Part shown: one piece after another, positions 51,520 through 60,254 of the stretch
Position numbering within the stretch: the stretch's first letter is position 1
How the letters are laid out: the number at the start of each line of letters is the position of its first letter
Assembly (NCBI GenBank): GCA_963824885.1
Contig: CAWGQN010000001.1
Location: 143,482 to 207,481 of the forward strand
DNA: 64,000 nt
From: an uncultured Actinomycetota bacterium
Lineage (GTDB): Bacteria; Actinomycetota; Actinomycetes; Actinomycetales; Microbacteriaceae
Direction: 5' to 3'
Notes under the pieces: model-generated
Told to the model about the DNA's origin: nothing
Database searches by the model: none
Seen by the model: only the letters and a program-made list of their open reading frames with translations
Translations under genes and position numbers: made by a program

Positions 51520-52386
51520 ATGATTCGCATCGGCATGAGCACTTCGTGCGTGTATCCGCTGTCAGCCGAACGGGGGTTTCGTTTTGCGAAACTCGCGGGG
51601 TTTGACGGGGTCGAAGTCATGATCACGCGCGAAGAGACGACTCAAAGTTCGACCGCGCTGCGCGCACTCTCCGCCACATACGACATGCCGATTGTGTCAA
51701 TCCACGCGCCGGTGTTACTCCTCACCCACTTTGTGTGGGGCCGAGACCCCCGAGTGAAACTCGAGCGATCTGCGGCCCTGGCTCGCGACACGGGCGCAAC
51801 GACCGTCGTTGTCCATCCTCCCTTTCGGTGGCAATCCGGCTACGCCGACGAGTTTCTCGACATTGTCCGATCAACGTCGCGCGCGTACGACGTTGAAATT
51901 GCGGTCGAAAACATGTTTCCGTGGAAAATTGGCGGGCGAAGCCTCAAGGCGTATTCGCCCGGTTGGGATCCGAGCGACATGGATTGCGACTCGGCAACGC
52001 TAGATTTTTCTCACGCGGCGCTCAGCGGCGTGAGCGGACTCGACATGGCCCGTCGTCTTGGCGACCGCCTTCGGCACGTTCATTTGTGTGACGGATCGGG
52101 TTCACTCGATGACGACCGCGTGTTCGACGAGCATTTGCTTCCCGGCTACGGGAGCCAACCGGTCGCCGAGACACTCGCTTTCCTGGCTGAGCGAGATTGG
52201 TCGGGTGACGTGATCGCAGAGATCAATACTCGCAAGGCGAAAACCGACGGTGAGCGCCTCAATCTCCTCGTCGAGACACTCAATTTTGCGCGCGCACACG
52301 CCACTCGACAGAGCCACCCGGAACTCGCGGGGCACTTCAAGCGCGCGCGAAAAGCGTGGGCCGCGCTCGTGCACGGCCATCGCTAA
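51520..52386 (+). CDS. sugar phosphate isomerase/epimerase (xylose-isomerase-like TIM barrel)
   Basis: GFDGVEV...VVHPPF...IAVENM...HVHLCDG pattern typical of AP-endonuclease-2 / TIM-barrel family members. Confidence 0.8.
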   Translation: MIRIGMSTSCVYPLSAERGFRFAKLAGFDGVEVMITREETTQSSTALRALSATYDMPIVSIHAPVLLLTHFVWGRDPRVKLERSAALARDTGATTVVVHPPFRWQSGYADEFLDIVRSTSRAYDVEIAVENMFPWKIGGRSLKAYSPGWDPSDMDCDSATLDFSHAALSGVSGLDMARRLGDRLRHVHLCDGSGSLDDDRVFDEHLLPGYGSQPVAETLAFLAERDWSGDVIAEINTRKAKTDGERLNLLVETLNFARAHATRQSHPELAGHFKRARKAWAALVHGHR

Positions 52387-52486
52387 GGGTTTGTCGCGCG
52401 GTTGCGCCGTGTCCTCACGATCAAATCAATCGCACCGCGAGAGAAAGACGTCGAGCACACGACGAGGTACCGTTGAATGGAATCCA

Positions 52487-52711
52487 ATGAAATGGGGTCC
52501 TGAAATGCGCAAGTACCTGTTTAACAAGCAAATGATCAGCGCGGTTCTCAGTGGCGTGTCGACGCTCAAGATTGCCAAGGCGGGCCCTCGAGACTGGCGG
52601 CTCGGACTCCTCGCCGTCATTTGGGGTTTGGGTGTCGCGGTCACGGTCGGGACAATAGCGATAGAAGCACGAGAAGCGAAAGACGCCGCGGCGCGTGAAG
52701 AAGAAGGCTAG
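52487..52711 (+). CDS. hypothetical small membrane protein
   Basis: 74-aa ORF with one hydrophobic helix (LGLLAVIWGLGVAVTVGTIAI). No motif; convergent with the zwf-like gene. Confidence 0.3.
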   Translation: MKWGPEMRKYLFNKQMISAVLSGVSTLKIAKAGPRDWRLGLLAVIWGLGVAVTVGTIAIEAREAKDAAAREEEG

Positions 52712-54096
52712 TCGCCGATTCGCGCCCACGCGGGCGGACCGGTCGATCCCGCGGGGTAGTCGTCGAGCGAGACTGAATCGGCTGCCCACGCACTCAGCGC
52801 GGGAGCCACGATTCTCCAGCACTGCTCGGCCGCATCGCCGCTCACCGAAAGCGAGGGGTCTGCGTTGAGCACCCCGTCAAGAACCTCGGCATAAGCGAGG
52901 AGTTGGCCCGGACCGAGGTTAACCTCCATTATCGCGCGCTCAAGGCGACGTGGATCGTCCGCGTTGTTGACATTGATCTCGAGCGTCACGTGGTCGGGCG
53001 CGAGAAAAATTCGAAGAACCGTTGGCGTGTTGGCGCCGTGCAACCCGGTTGGTAAGTGGGGTGGATCTTTAAAGGTAATGACAATTTCGCGTCGACGCTG
53101 TCCGAGCGCTTTTCCCGATCTGAGCGTGAAGGGCACGTTCGCCCATCGCCACGTGTTGATTTCGAGCGTGAGTTCGGCGAGTGTTTCGGTGCCGCGAGAC
53201 GGTTTCACGCCGGGTTCGTTCACGTACGCGGGCACCGAGTGCCCGTTCACGGTCCCGGCGGTGTAGCGCGCGCGGCGACTCGCCGAACGAGGACGCCCCT
53301 TCCACACGCGCGTTGCTCGAAGAACGAGGCCCTTCGCATCGTGCATGTCGTGAGAGTCCAGGGTCGATGGCGGCTCCATTGCCACGACCGCCATGACCTC
53401 CAAAAGGTGGTTTTGAATCATGTCGGTCAGCGCACCCGCGCGATCATAGTAATCTGCGCGGCCTTCAAGACTGAGCTCTTCGTCATACACAATGTCGACG
53501 CGCTCAATGTGTTCGCGGCTCCACACGGGCTCAAAGATGCGATTCGCGAACCGAAAGCCCACCAAATTGGCCACCATCGAGCGGCCCAGAAAATGGTCGA
53601 CACGAAATATTTGTCGCTCCGGCACGAGCGAAGCGAGCTGTCGGTTGAGCGCGCGCGCACTGCGCTCATCGGTACCAAACGGTTTCTCGAGCGCGAGAAC
53701 CGTTCCCTTGGGAAGGGTCACGTTTTCAAGAGCCTGACACGCCTTGACGGCGATGGACGGGGGCACGGCAAAGTAGAGCGCGGGTGTTCCCTCACACGCG
53801 CTGATTATTCGCTGCAGGTCGGCGCTGTTCGTGATATCCGCGTCGTGATAGTGGGTTCGCGCAACGACGTCGCGCACCGCGGTTCCCGACGCGTGAACGG
53901 TTGCAAACGCGTCACGCACCGTTGAACGCCACTTTTCGTCCGTCCACGCTTCGACGCTCGAACCGACGAGCGCAAGACGCCGATCAGGCGCAAGCGTGAG
54001 AAGCTGGCCGAGAGCGGGCAACAACAATCGCGAAGAAAGGTCACCGCTAGCTCCAAGAATCACAAGCGTGGAGACCGTGGGCGCCATGGACAACAC
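52708..54096 (-). CDS. glucose-6-phosphate dehydrogenase family protein (atypical active-site motif)
   Basis: N-terminal ILGASGDLSSRLLLPAL. The substrate motif reads RVDHFLGRS rather than the canonical RIDHYLGKE. The downstream FANRIFEPVW...DMIQNHLLEV region is conserved. Confidence 0.85.
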   Translation of the reverse strand: MLSMAPTVSTLVILGASGDLSSRLLLPALGQLLTLAPDRRLALVGSSVEAWTDEKWRSTVRDAFATVHASGTAVRDVVARTHYHDADITNSADLQRIISACEGTPALYFAVPPSIAVKACQALENVTLPKGTVLALEKPFGTDERSARALNRQLASLVPERQIFRVDHFLGRSMVANLVGFRFANRIFEPVWSREHIERVDIVYDEELSLEGRADYYDRAGALTDMIQNHLLEVMAVVAMEPPSTLDSHDMHDAKGLVLRATRVWKGRPRSASRRARYTAGTVNGHSVPAYVNEPGVKPSRGTETLAELTLEINTWRWANVPFTLRSGKALGQRRREIVITFKDPPHLPTGLHGANTPTVLRIFLAPDHVTLEINVNNADDPRRLERAIMEVNLGPGQLLAYAEVLDGVLNADPSLSVSGDAAEQCWRIVAPALSAWAADSVSLDDYPAGSTGPPAWARIGD

Positions 54097-54116
54097 AGTA
54101 GTCGCAAGGAGACGAA

Positions 54117-55913
54117 TTGAGCCTCAACATCGAACACTACGCGCTAATCAGCGACTGCCACACGGCCGCTCTCGTCGGACAAAACGGAAGTATTGACTGG
54201 CTGTGCTTGCCGCGCTACGACTCGGGTAGCATTCTCGGAGCGCTGCTCGGAAATCGAAACCACGGCAGGTGGCTTCTCGCTCCGACGGATCGCGAAGCGA
54301 CGGCCACGCGTCGCTATCGTGACAACACGTTCGTGCTCGTGACCCACTGGGTGTGTCGAGAGGGAGAAGTCGAAGTGACCGACTTCATGCCTCACGGTGA
54401 CCGGCGCGCCGACGTCGCACGACGCGTTCGTGGCATTCGCGGCACCGTGACAATGCGCCAAGACCTGAGAATGAGATTCGCGTACGCGACGGCAATTCCG
54501 TGGGTTCGCAAGGTCAAAGAAGGTGAGGGCGTCGCACTCGTTGCCGTCGCCGGACCCGATGCGCTCATCGTGCGCGGTCCGGAATTGCACGCGAGCAATC
54601 GAAGCCACGCCAACGAATTCGTCGTTTCTGCGGGGCACGTCGTCGACACGGTGATGACGTGGTATCCATCCCATCGAGACAGTCCTCGCGCGATTAATCT
54701 CGACGATCAGCTCGAGACGACGACTGGGTGGTGGAATCGCTGGGCGAAGAACGGCAGTCACGAGGGACCGTATAAGAAGGAGGTCTTGCGATCACTCTTG
54801 GTCTTGAGAGCGCTCACGCACGAAGACACCGGTGGGATTATGGCCGCGGCGACAACCTCGCTGCCAGAGATCCTCGGCGGCCACCGCAATTGGGACTATC
54901 GATACGTGTGGCTTCGCGATGCCTCGTTGACTCTCATGGTGCTTCTCGCTCACGGTTTCGAATCCGAGGCAGAAGCGTGGCGGTCGTGGCTCCTTCGCGC
55001 AATTGCGGGCGACCCGCGCGACGTGCAAATCATGTACGGCCTCGCGGGTGAACGCTATCTTCCCGAACGAGAACTCGCGAGCCTCCCCGGTTACGAGAAC
55101 TCTTCACCCGTGCGGGTGGGCAACGACGCGGCACTTCAGTTTCAGGCCGACGTCATTGGTGAGGTCATGGTCGCGCTTCACGCGGCGCGCGAAGCAGGCA
55201 TTGTCGAGGGGTCGTTTTCGTGGCCGCTCCAGCGCACTCTTGTATCGTTCGTCGCGGAAAACTGGCAGCGACCCGACAGCGGAATTTGGGAGGTTCGAGG
55301 GCCCGCTCGCGCGTTTACTCACTCTCGCGTGATGGTGTGGGCGGCACTCGATCGCGCGATCAAGGGAGTTCGAGATTTTGGTCTTCGAGGCGCGGCCGCC
55401 GATTGGGAAACGCTTCGTGATCGTGTTCGAGAAGAGATCGAAACGCGCGGCTTCAACCACGAGCGAAATTGCTACGTACAATCGTACGATTCGACGGTGG
55501 TCGATGCGGCTCTCCTTCAACTTCCCCAAGTCGGGTTTTGCGAGCCAACGGATCCGCGAATGCTCGGAACGGTCGCGGCCATCGAGAGCGACCTTATGAG
55601 AAAGGGCCTCGTGCTTCGCTACGAGACCGACCCCGAGGTCGACGGGCTACCTCGGGGCGAGAACCCGTTCGTGGCGTGTTCGTTTTGGTTGGTCGAGCAG
55701 TATGCTCGCTCGGGCAGGCTCGACGACGCGCGAGCAATGATGGACCGTCTCGTGTTGCTGTGCAACGACGTTGGTTTGCTTTCGGAAGAATACGATGTTG
55801 AGCGCGAGCGCCAAACGGGAAACGCGCCTCAAGCCCTTTCTCACCTCGCGCTCGTGCGTGCCGCAGACGCAATTACGGCGGCTCTTCTCGCTCAGCGCGA
55901 GACGCGCGTCTAG
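54117..55913 (+). CDS. glycoside hydrolase family 15 protein (glucoamylase/trehalase-like)
   Basis: IEHYALISDCHTAALVGQNGSIDWLCLPRYDS N-terminus and DYRYVWLRDAS and LSEEYD motifs typical of bacterial GH15. Confidence 0.88.
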   Translation: MSLNIEHYALISDCHTAALVGQNGSIDWLCLPRYDSGSILGALLGNRNHGRWLLAPTDREATATRRYRDNTFVLVTHWVCREGEVEVTDFMPHGDRRADVARRVRGIRGTVTMRQDLRMRFAYATAIPWVRKVKEGEGVALVAVAGPDALIVRGPELHASNRSHANEFVVSAGHVVDTVMTWYPSHRDSPRAINLDDQLETTTGWWNRWAKNGSHEGPYKKEVLRSLLVLRALTHEDTGGIMAAATTSLPEILGGHRNWDYRYVWLRDASLTLMVLLAHGFESEAEAWRSWLLRAIAGDPRDVQIMYGLAGERYLPERELASLPGYENSSPVRVGNDAALQFQADVIGEVMVALHAAREAGIVEGSFSWPLQRTLVSFVAENWQRPDSGIWEVRGPARAFTHSRVMVWAALDRAIKGVRDFGLRGAAADWETLRDRVREEIETRGFNHERNCYVQSYDSTVVDAALLQLPQVGFCEPTDPRMLGTVAAIESDLMRKGLVLRYETDPEVDGLPRGENPFVACSFWLVEQYARSGRLDDARAMMDRLVLLCNDVGLLSEEYDVERERQTGNAPQALSHLALVRAADAITAALLAQRETRV

Positions 55914-55923
55914 GCTTGGCGGC

Positions 55924-56652
55924 ATGCCACCGTCCACGCTTTCGAGTCTCAACCCTCACGATTACGATCACACGCACTCGAACGTCTCGGGCGGGTGGCT
56001 GCGCGCCTCGGTGTTTGGTGCGATGGATGGGCTCGTGACCAACATCGCGCTGATCGCTGGAATCGGAGCGGCCGGGGCGAGCGGCCCGACAATCGCCCTC
56101 ACGGGCATCGCGGGTTTGGTCGCCGGGGCCTTCTCCATGGCCCTCGGGGAATACACGTCGGTTCGCACGCAAAACGAGCAGATGGAATCGGAAATCGTTG
56201 TCGAGCGGAGTGCGCTCGCGCGTAATCCCGTGGGCGAACAGCACGAGCTCGTCAACACGTTTACCCGAATGGGCATGTCGGTATCGACCGCTCGCAACGC
56301 CGCCGCTGAAGTGCACAGCAACACGGATACCGCTCTTCGCGTGCATTTGACTCACGAGCTCGGCGTTGACCCCACCGCTCAAGCCGCGCCCCTGGTCGCC
56401 GCGGTGTCATCGTTTGTGGCGTTTTCCATCGGGGCGGCTGTTCCGCTCGTGCCGTTTCTGTTCGGAATTGACGTGTTGTGGATTGGTTTGGCGGTGGGCG
56501 CGGTCGGGCTCATCGGCGCCGGATCTCTTGCCGCGCGATTTACCAACCTGCCGTGGTGGCGCGGCGGCGCGCGACAGTTACTCTTTGGCGCAATCGCGGT
56601 GTCGGCAACGTTCGCGGTCGGGGCGCTTATTGGTGTTGCCGGAGTGCGGTAG
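55924..56652 (+). CDS. VIT1/CCC1-family iron/manganese transporter
   Basis: WLRASVFGAMDGLVTNIALIAG motif, a central acidic helix region and C-terminal TM helices. Confidence 0.85.
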   Translation: MPPSTLSSLNPHDYDHTHSNVSGGWLRASVFGAMDGLVTNIALIAGIGAAGASGPTIALTGIAGLVAGAFSMALGEYTSVRTQNEQMESEIVVERSALARNPVGEQHELVNTFTRMGMSVSTARNAAAEVHSNTDTALRVHLTHELGVDPTAQAAPLVAAVSSFVAFSIGAAVPLVPFLFGIDVLWIGLAVGAVGLIGAGSLAARFTNLPWWRGGARQLLFGAIAVSATFAVGALIGVAGVR

Positions 56653-56701
56653 AAAGGGGCTGTTGTCGGTCTTGTTGCCATCCGAACGAGCATTGGGTTG
56701 G

Positions 56702-57560
56702 ATGTATGTGACGAAATTGGGAGAACCCAATAATTCCTCGCCAATGTCGCTCATCAATCCCGCCCCTTATTCACCGGAGAGAATCGTGCCGTATGTCCTT
56801 CCTTACCAGTGGATAACGCTTGTTATTCTCGCGGTCGTAACGATTTCTCGGGCGCTCGCCCTCTCGCTCACGCGTCGCGGAGACGTGACCGTGTTCAGCG
56901 CGTTTGCGGCTTTTACGGTCGCCGTCATGTTGTCGATCCCCTTTTTTTTACGGCCCTGTGGATCAGGTGTTGGGCGGGTTCAATCTCGCAAACCTCGTCC
57001 TTCGCCTCGTGCTTTTCTTAGGGTTTTTTCTGCTGGGTGTGGCAATCAGCAGCGCCTACGGAAGTCGCGGCGCCGTAAGAGCCATTGCCGGGACGCCCGG
57101 AAAGATCGTCCTCGGGGTCGTTCTCGTTCTTATTCTCGCGATGTTTATTTTGACGATGATCGAGAACCACATAAGTTCGACCGGACTCCGTGACCAGCTT
57201 CAATTCGGAGTGAAGCCGGCACTTGTTTATCACGTGCTTGGGTGGGTGTATCCGGGCTATGTCGCAGCGGTCCTCATTGGACTGATTATCCGGGACTCGG
57301 CGGGCACAAACGGTTTAGATAGAGTCGTGAACCTTCTCCTGATGCTCGCGTTTTTAGGAATTATTCCCTTATCGGTTCTCGAAGCCGTCAAGCTCTATGT
57401 CAACGTCACGCCCCTGAGTGTCGGCCACCTCATTATGCAATATTCCGTTCTCAACATTTTGGGAATCGCTTTTCTCGTTTTGCAGTACATGGGGCGTGAA
57501 CGCACGATTCTCACGAATTCCAATGATGCTGGTGCCGAAACGGTCTCACAAGACAGCTAG
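56702..57560 (+). pseudogene. multi-pass membrane protein gene interrupted by a frameshift at a T8 run
   Basis: The first frame (MYVTKLG...WITLVILAVV...FTVAVMLSIPFF) and the +1 frame (FYGPVDQVLGGFNLANLVLRLVLFLGFFLLGVAI... to the stop at 57560) are both membrane-like. They join seamlessly if the T8 tract at 56942-56949 were T7. Confidence 0.7.
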
Positions 57561-57579
57561 CGTTCGCGGTCGGGGGCGT

Positions 57580-58590
57580 TCATTGCTGTTGCCGGAGCGC
57601 GGGAGAAACGTCGCGGGGTGGGTTTCGGGGGTCTTCCCTGATGATGTGTTGTTCAATGGGGAGGGTCGTGTTGTGCGTGATTGTGCGGACGCCGTGTGAG
57701 GAGTCGCCGCTCGGGGGAACGTGTGTGAGTCCGCGTGCGGTCAACGCTTTCGAGACGGCGAGACCGAAATACACGTTCTGGGCGAGTGACCCGACCACGG
57801 CAACGCTGTCCCCCGACTCGTGCACGCACGCCGCGGTTGTCGCGAGTTGCCGTGCAGCCTCGCTCACAATCGACTGAGCACGCGAATCTCCCGCCGCAGC
57901 GTGTTCGAACACCGTCGTCGCAAACGACGCGAGTTGCCGGATCGGCTCACCCGATTTTCCCTTCCACCGAATCAGCCCGGGCGAGTGCGCCAACATCACC
58001 CGGGACGGACCCACCAAACTCGTGCCCGGACCGCGACCATCCGCAGCGCGCAACGCACACCGCAACCCCTCTTGACCAATCCATCGACCACCCCCCTCAT
58101 CGCCCAACCACAATCCCCACCCGTCCGCACGACGAAACACCCCATCCGTGGTTACGCCAAAAGCGACCGCGCCAACCCCCGCCATCAAAACAACACCGGG
58201 CCGACCATCAAACGCACCCACGTGAGCGGCCACCGCACGATTCACCACAACAACCGGCACCCGCAACCGACGACTCAATCGGCGACCAAGCGACCGCGTC
58301 CACTCACGATCATTCGTCGCACCGAAAACCGACACCCCGACCCCGCTCGCCTGAGTACGAATCACCACCGGAAGCACATCAATCGCACGCTCAACCGCAC
58401 AAAATGCCTCCTGCTCACCACCATCGGACGCACCACAAACCACACCCGGCACGGCCCCCTCAGCAACCACCACCTCCCCCACAAACGCCCGAACCCGACA
58501 CGCCACACGCCCCAACTCCACCACAACAACCCTCAAACCCCCATCACCCAACGACGACGACCCACCAAGAACACGACACCCACTGTTCAT
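57580..58590 (-). CDS. BadF/BadG/BcrA/BcrD-type ATPase (N-acetylglucosamine-kinase-like)
   Basis: The family hallmark ADGWGLWLGDEGGGRWIGQEGLR is present. The N-terminal phosphate-1 motif appears degenerate (LGDGGLRVVVV where GxDGGGTxT is expected). Confidence 0.7.
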   Translation of the reverse strand: MNSGCRVLGGSSSLGDGGLRVVVVELGRVACRVRAFVGEVVVAEGAVPGVVCGASDGGEQEAFCAVERAIDVLPVVIRTQASGVGVSVFGATNDREWTRSLGRRLSRRLRVPVVVVNRAVAAHVGAFDGRPGVVLMAGVGAVAFGVTTDGVFRRADGWGLWLGDEGGGRWIGQEGLRCALRAADGRGPGTSLVGPSRVMLAHSPGLIRWKGKSGEPIRQLASFATTVFEHAAAGDSRAQSIVSEAARQLATTAACVHESGDSVAVVGSLAQNVYFGLAVSKALTARGLTHVPPSGDSSHGVRTITHNTTLPIEQHIIREDPRNPPRDVSPALRQQQ

Positions 58591-58999
58591 AAAACTTCCC
58601 TGTCAATTATTCACGGCCACAAACCCACTACAGACTCATATACCTTAGGCATTTATATACTTTAGATCGAGTGTCGGGTCGGCCTTCCCTAAAAATGACG
58701 GGTCCACCACGGGTGTTGACGAACGGTCGGCGCGGATTATTCGTTGTTGCGTGGTGAACTCAGCTCATGTCGAAGAAGCAGGGTACGACAAAGAAGGGAT
58801 TTCTCTGACCTTCCCCCATCATGTCTAACGGGTTATCCACGACTATCATTCAGATCGGTCACTCCGTCCGGCGGCGATAATGCTCTGCCAAGTTATCTTA
58901 ACGGGCCGAATAGTGCCATATAAAAAATAAGAGCCGTGTATGGACGCCTTAAGGGTTTTGCCCTGGACATAAGGATGCGTGCCCTGGCAACATGGATAG

Positions 59000-59770
59000 A
59001 TGCCTGCCGGAACAAAACCACCTCCAGGGCAATTAACGCGTTTGGTCGGCGCGATCATCAGGTCTCGGATGGTGCGGCAGAACACTACGCTGGTAACGCT
59101 TGCGAAAGCAGTCTCGATCTCTGCGGGCCAGCTTTCCAAGATGCTGCACGGTCGAGCGCATATTGATATTGAGCAGTTCGACACAATCTGCGCACAAATC
59201 GGACTCGACGCAAGGAGCGTGTGGATTGAGGCTAAAAATGAGATTGTCGACGATCATCATAGGAAGACAAACAGCCGAATACTTGGACAGGTCGGCGAGA
59301 GCGAAACCGATTCCAACAACGTTCACTTATATAGGGATCGCATTGACGCATCCGAGAGAGTTCGTCGGCTTCTGCTGCTGGTTCGCGAAGTAGCGGGTGG
59401 CGATTTCAATTCTGCGTATGCGTTGATTGTGTCCGCGCTTGCGGGAGGTACCACGTCACTCAGTCGCGAGGCGTGGGACGACATCCTCGACGGAAGAGAG
59501 AAAGTTGACATAAGCACAATTGCCGCGATTGCCCACGGCCTGGGGGTTACTCGTGACTACCTCTTGTTTGATGACCCCGAGGTAGTTAAGCGGGTCGAGT
59601 CCGAACTCGAGTTCGCTCGCATCGCTGACAAAGCGGGCGTGGCACGAATCTCGGCTCGAGGCCTGCTCTCCTCTGACAGTTTGCGCACGATTACGGAACT
59701 CGTCGCCTCACGGATCGACAAACAACAGCGGGAGACGGAAATAGATGGAAGAAACCCTCCTCCTCGTTGA
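59000..59770 (+). CDS. XRE-family helix-turn-helix transcriptional regulator
   Basis: LVGAIIRSRMVRQNTTLVTLAKAVSISAGQLSKMLHGRAHIDIEQFDTICAQIGLD is a canonical HTH_3 layout. A second HTH-like segment (ISTIAAIAHGLGVTRDYLLF) lies near the C-terminus. Confidence 0.8.
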   Translation: MPAGTKPPPGQLTRLVGAIIRSRMVRQNTTLVTLAKAVSISAGQLSKMLHGRAHIDIEQFDTICAQIGLDARSVWIEAKNEIVDDHHRKTNSRILGQVGESETDSNNVHLYRDRIDASERVRRLLLLVREVAGGDFNSAYALIVSALAGGTTSLSREAWDDILDGREKVDISTIAAIAHGLGVTRDYLLFDDPEVVKRVESELEFARIADKAGVARISARGLLSSDSLRTITELVASRIDKQQRETEIDGRNPPPR

Positions 59771-60230
59771 GAAAGATCGTCGCGTTGCCGACGAATTGGT
59801 GAGCCAGCTTGGGTTGCCGGCAAGTCCCTGCTTTGATGATGTCGTAACCCGCGTGACCGACGTCTACGGAAAACCATTGAGGCTTGAACCAGTCGCTGAT
59901 CGTGACCTGAGCACGCTCACTGGCCTGTGGATAGATACTCACGATGTCGGTTACGTCTTCTTTCGATCTGCGGATCCGATTGTCTACAGGTTGCATTCAA
60001 TCTTTCACGAGTTCGGCCATATTCTTTCGGAGCACGAGAATTGCGAGGCGCTACGCGCCCTCGGCGACGTGAGGCTTGAGGAGTCGAAACGTGGACGTGA
60101 ACTCCGGCGTGCTCGTTCTCGTGAACTCTTTAACGACCCATCGGAACGCATGGCTGAAGTAATTGCCTACGCGCTGTCCCGGCGAGTATTAAACTTGGTA
60201 ACGAATCAGGCAGAGGCAATTTTCGGATGA
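59745..60230 (+). CDS. ImmA/IrrE-family (M78-like) metallopeptidase domain protein
   Basis: HSIFHEFGHILSEHE HExxH motif in a ~160-aa protein. It overlaps the 3' end of the XRE gene by 26 nt, which is the typical regulator/antirepressor-protease pairing. Confidence 0.7.
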   Translation: MEETLLLVEKDRRVADELVSQLGLPASPCFDDVVTRVTDVYGKPLRLEPVADRDLSTLTGLWIDTHDVGYVFFRSADPIVYRLHSIFHEFGHILSEHENCEALRALGDVRLEESKRGRELRRARSRELFNDPSERMAEVIAYALSRRVLNLVTNQAEAIFG

Positions 60231-60254
60231 CGTCGGCCCATTTCTCCTATCGCG

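Noticed and set aside
57735-58665. Pro/His/Thr-rich plus-strand ORFs (57735..58592, 57820..58665)
   Set aside because: They are antisense to the ORF carrying the GWGxxLGDEGGGxWIG ATPase hallmark. Their composition simply reflects the C/A-only plus strand in this stretch.
58775-58816. 13-codon ORF (MSKKQGTTKKGFL) in the AT-richer spacer between the NagK-like and XRE genes
   Set aside because: It is too short, has no RBS, and conservation could not be assessed.
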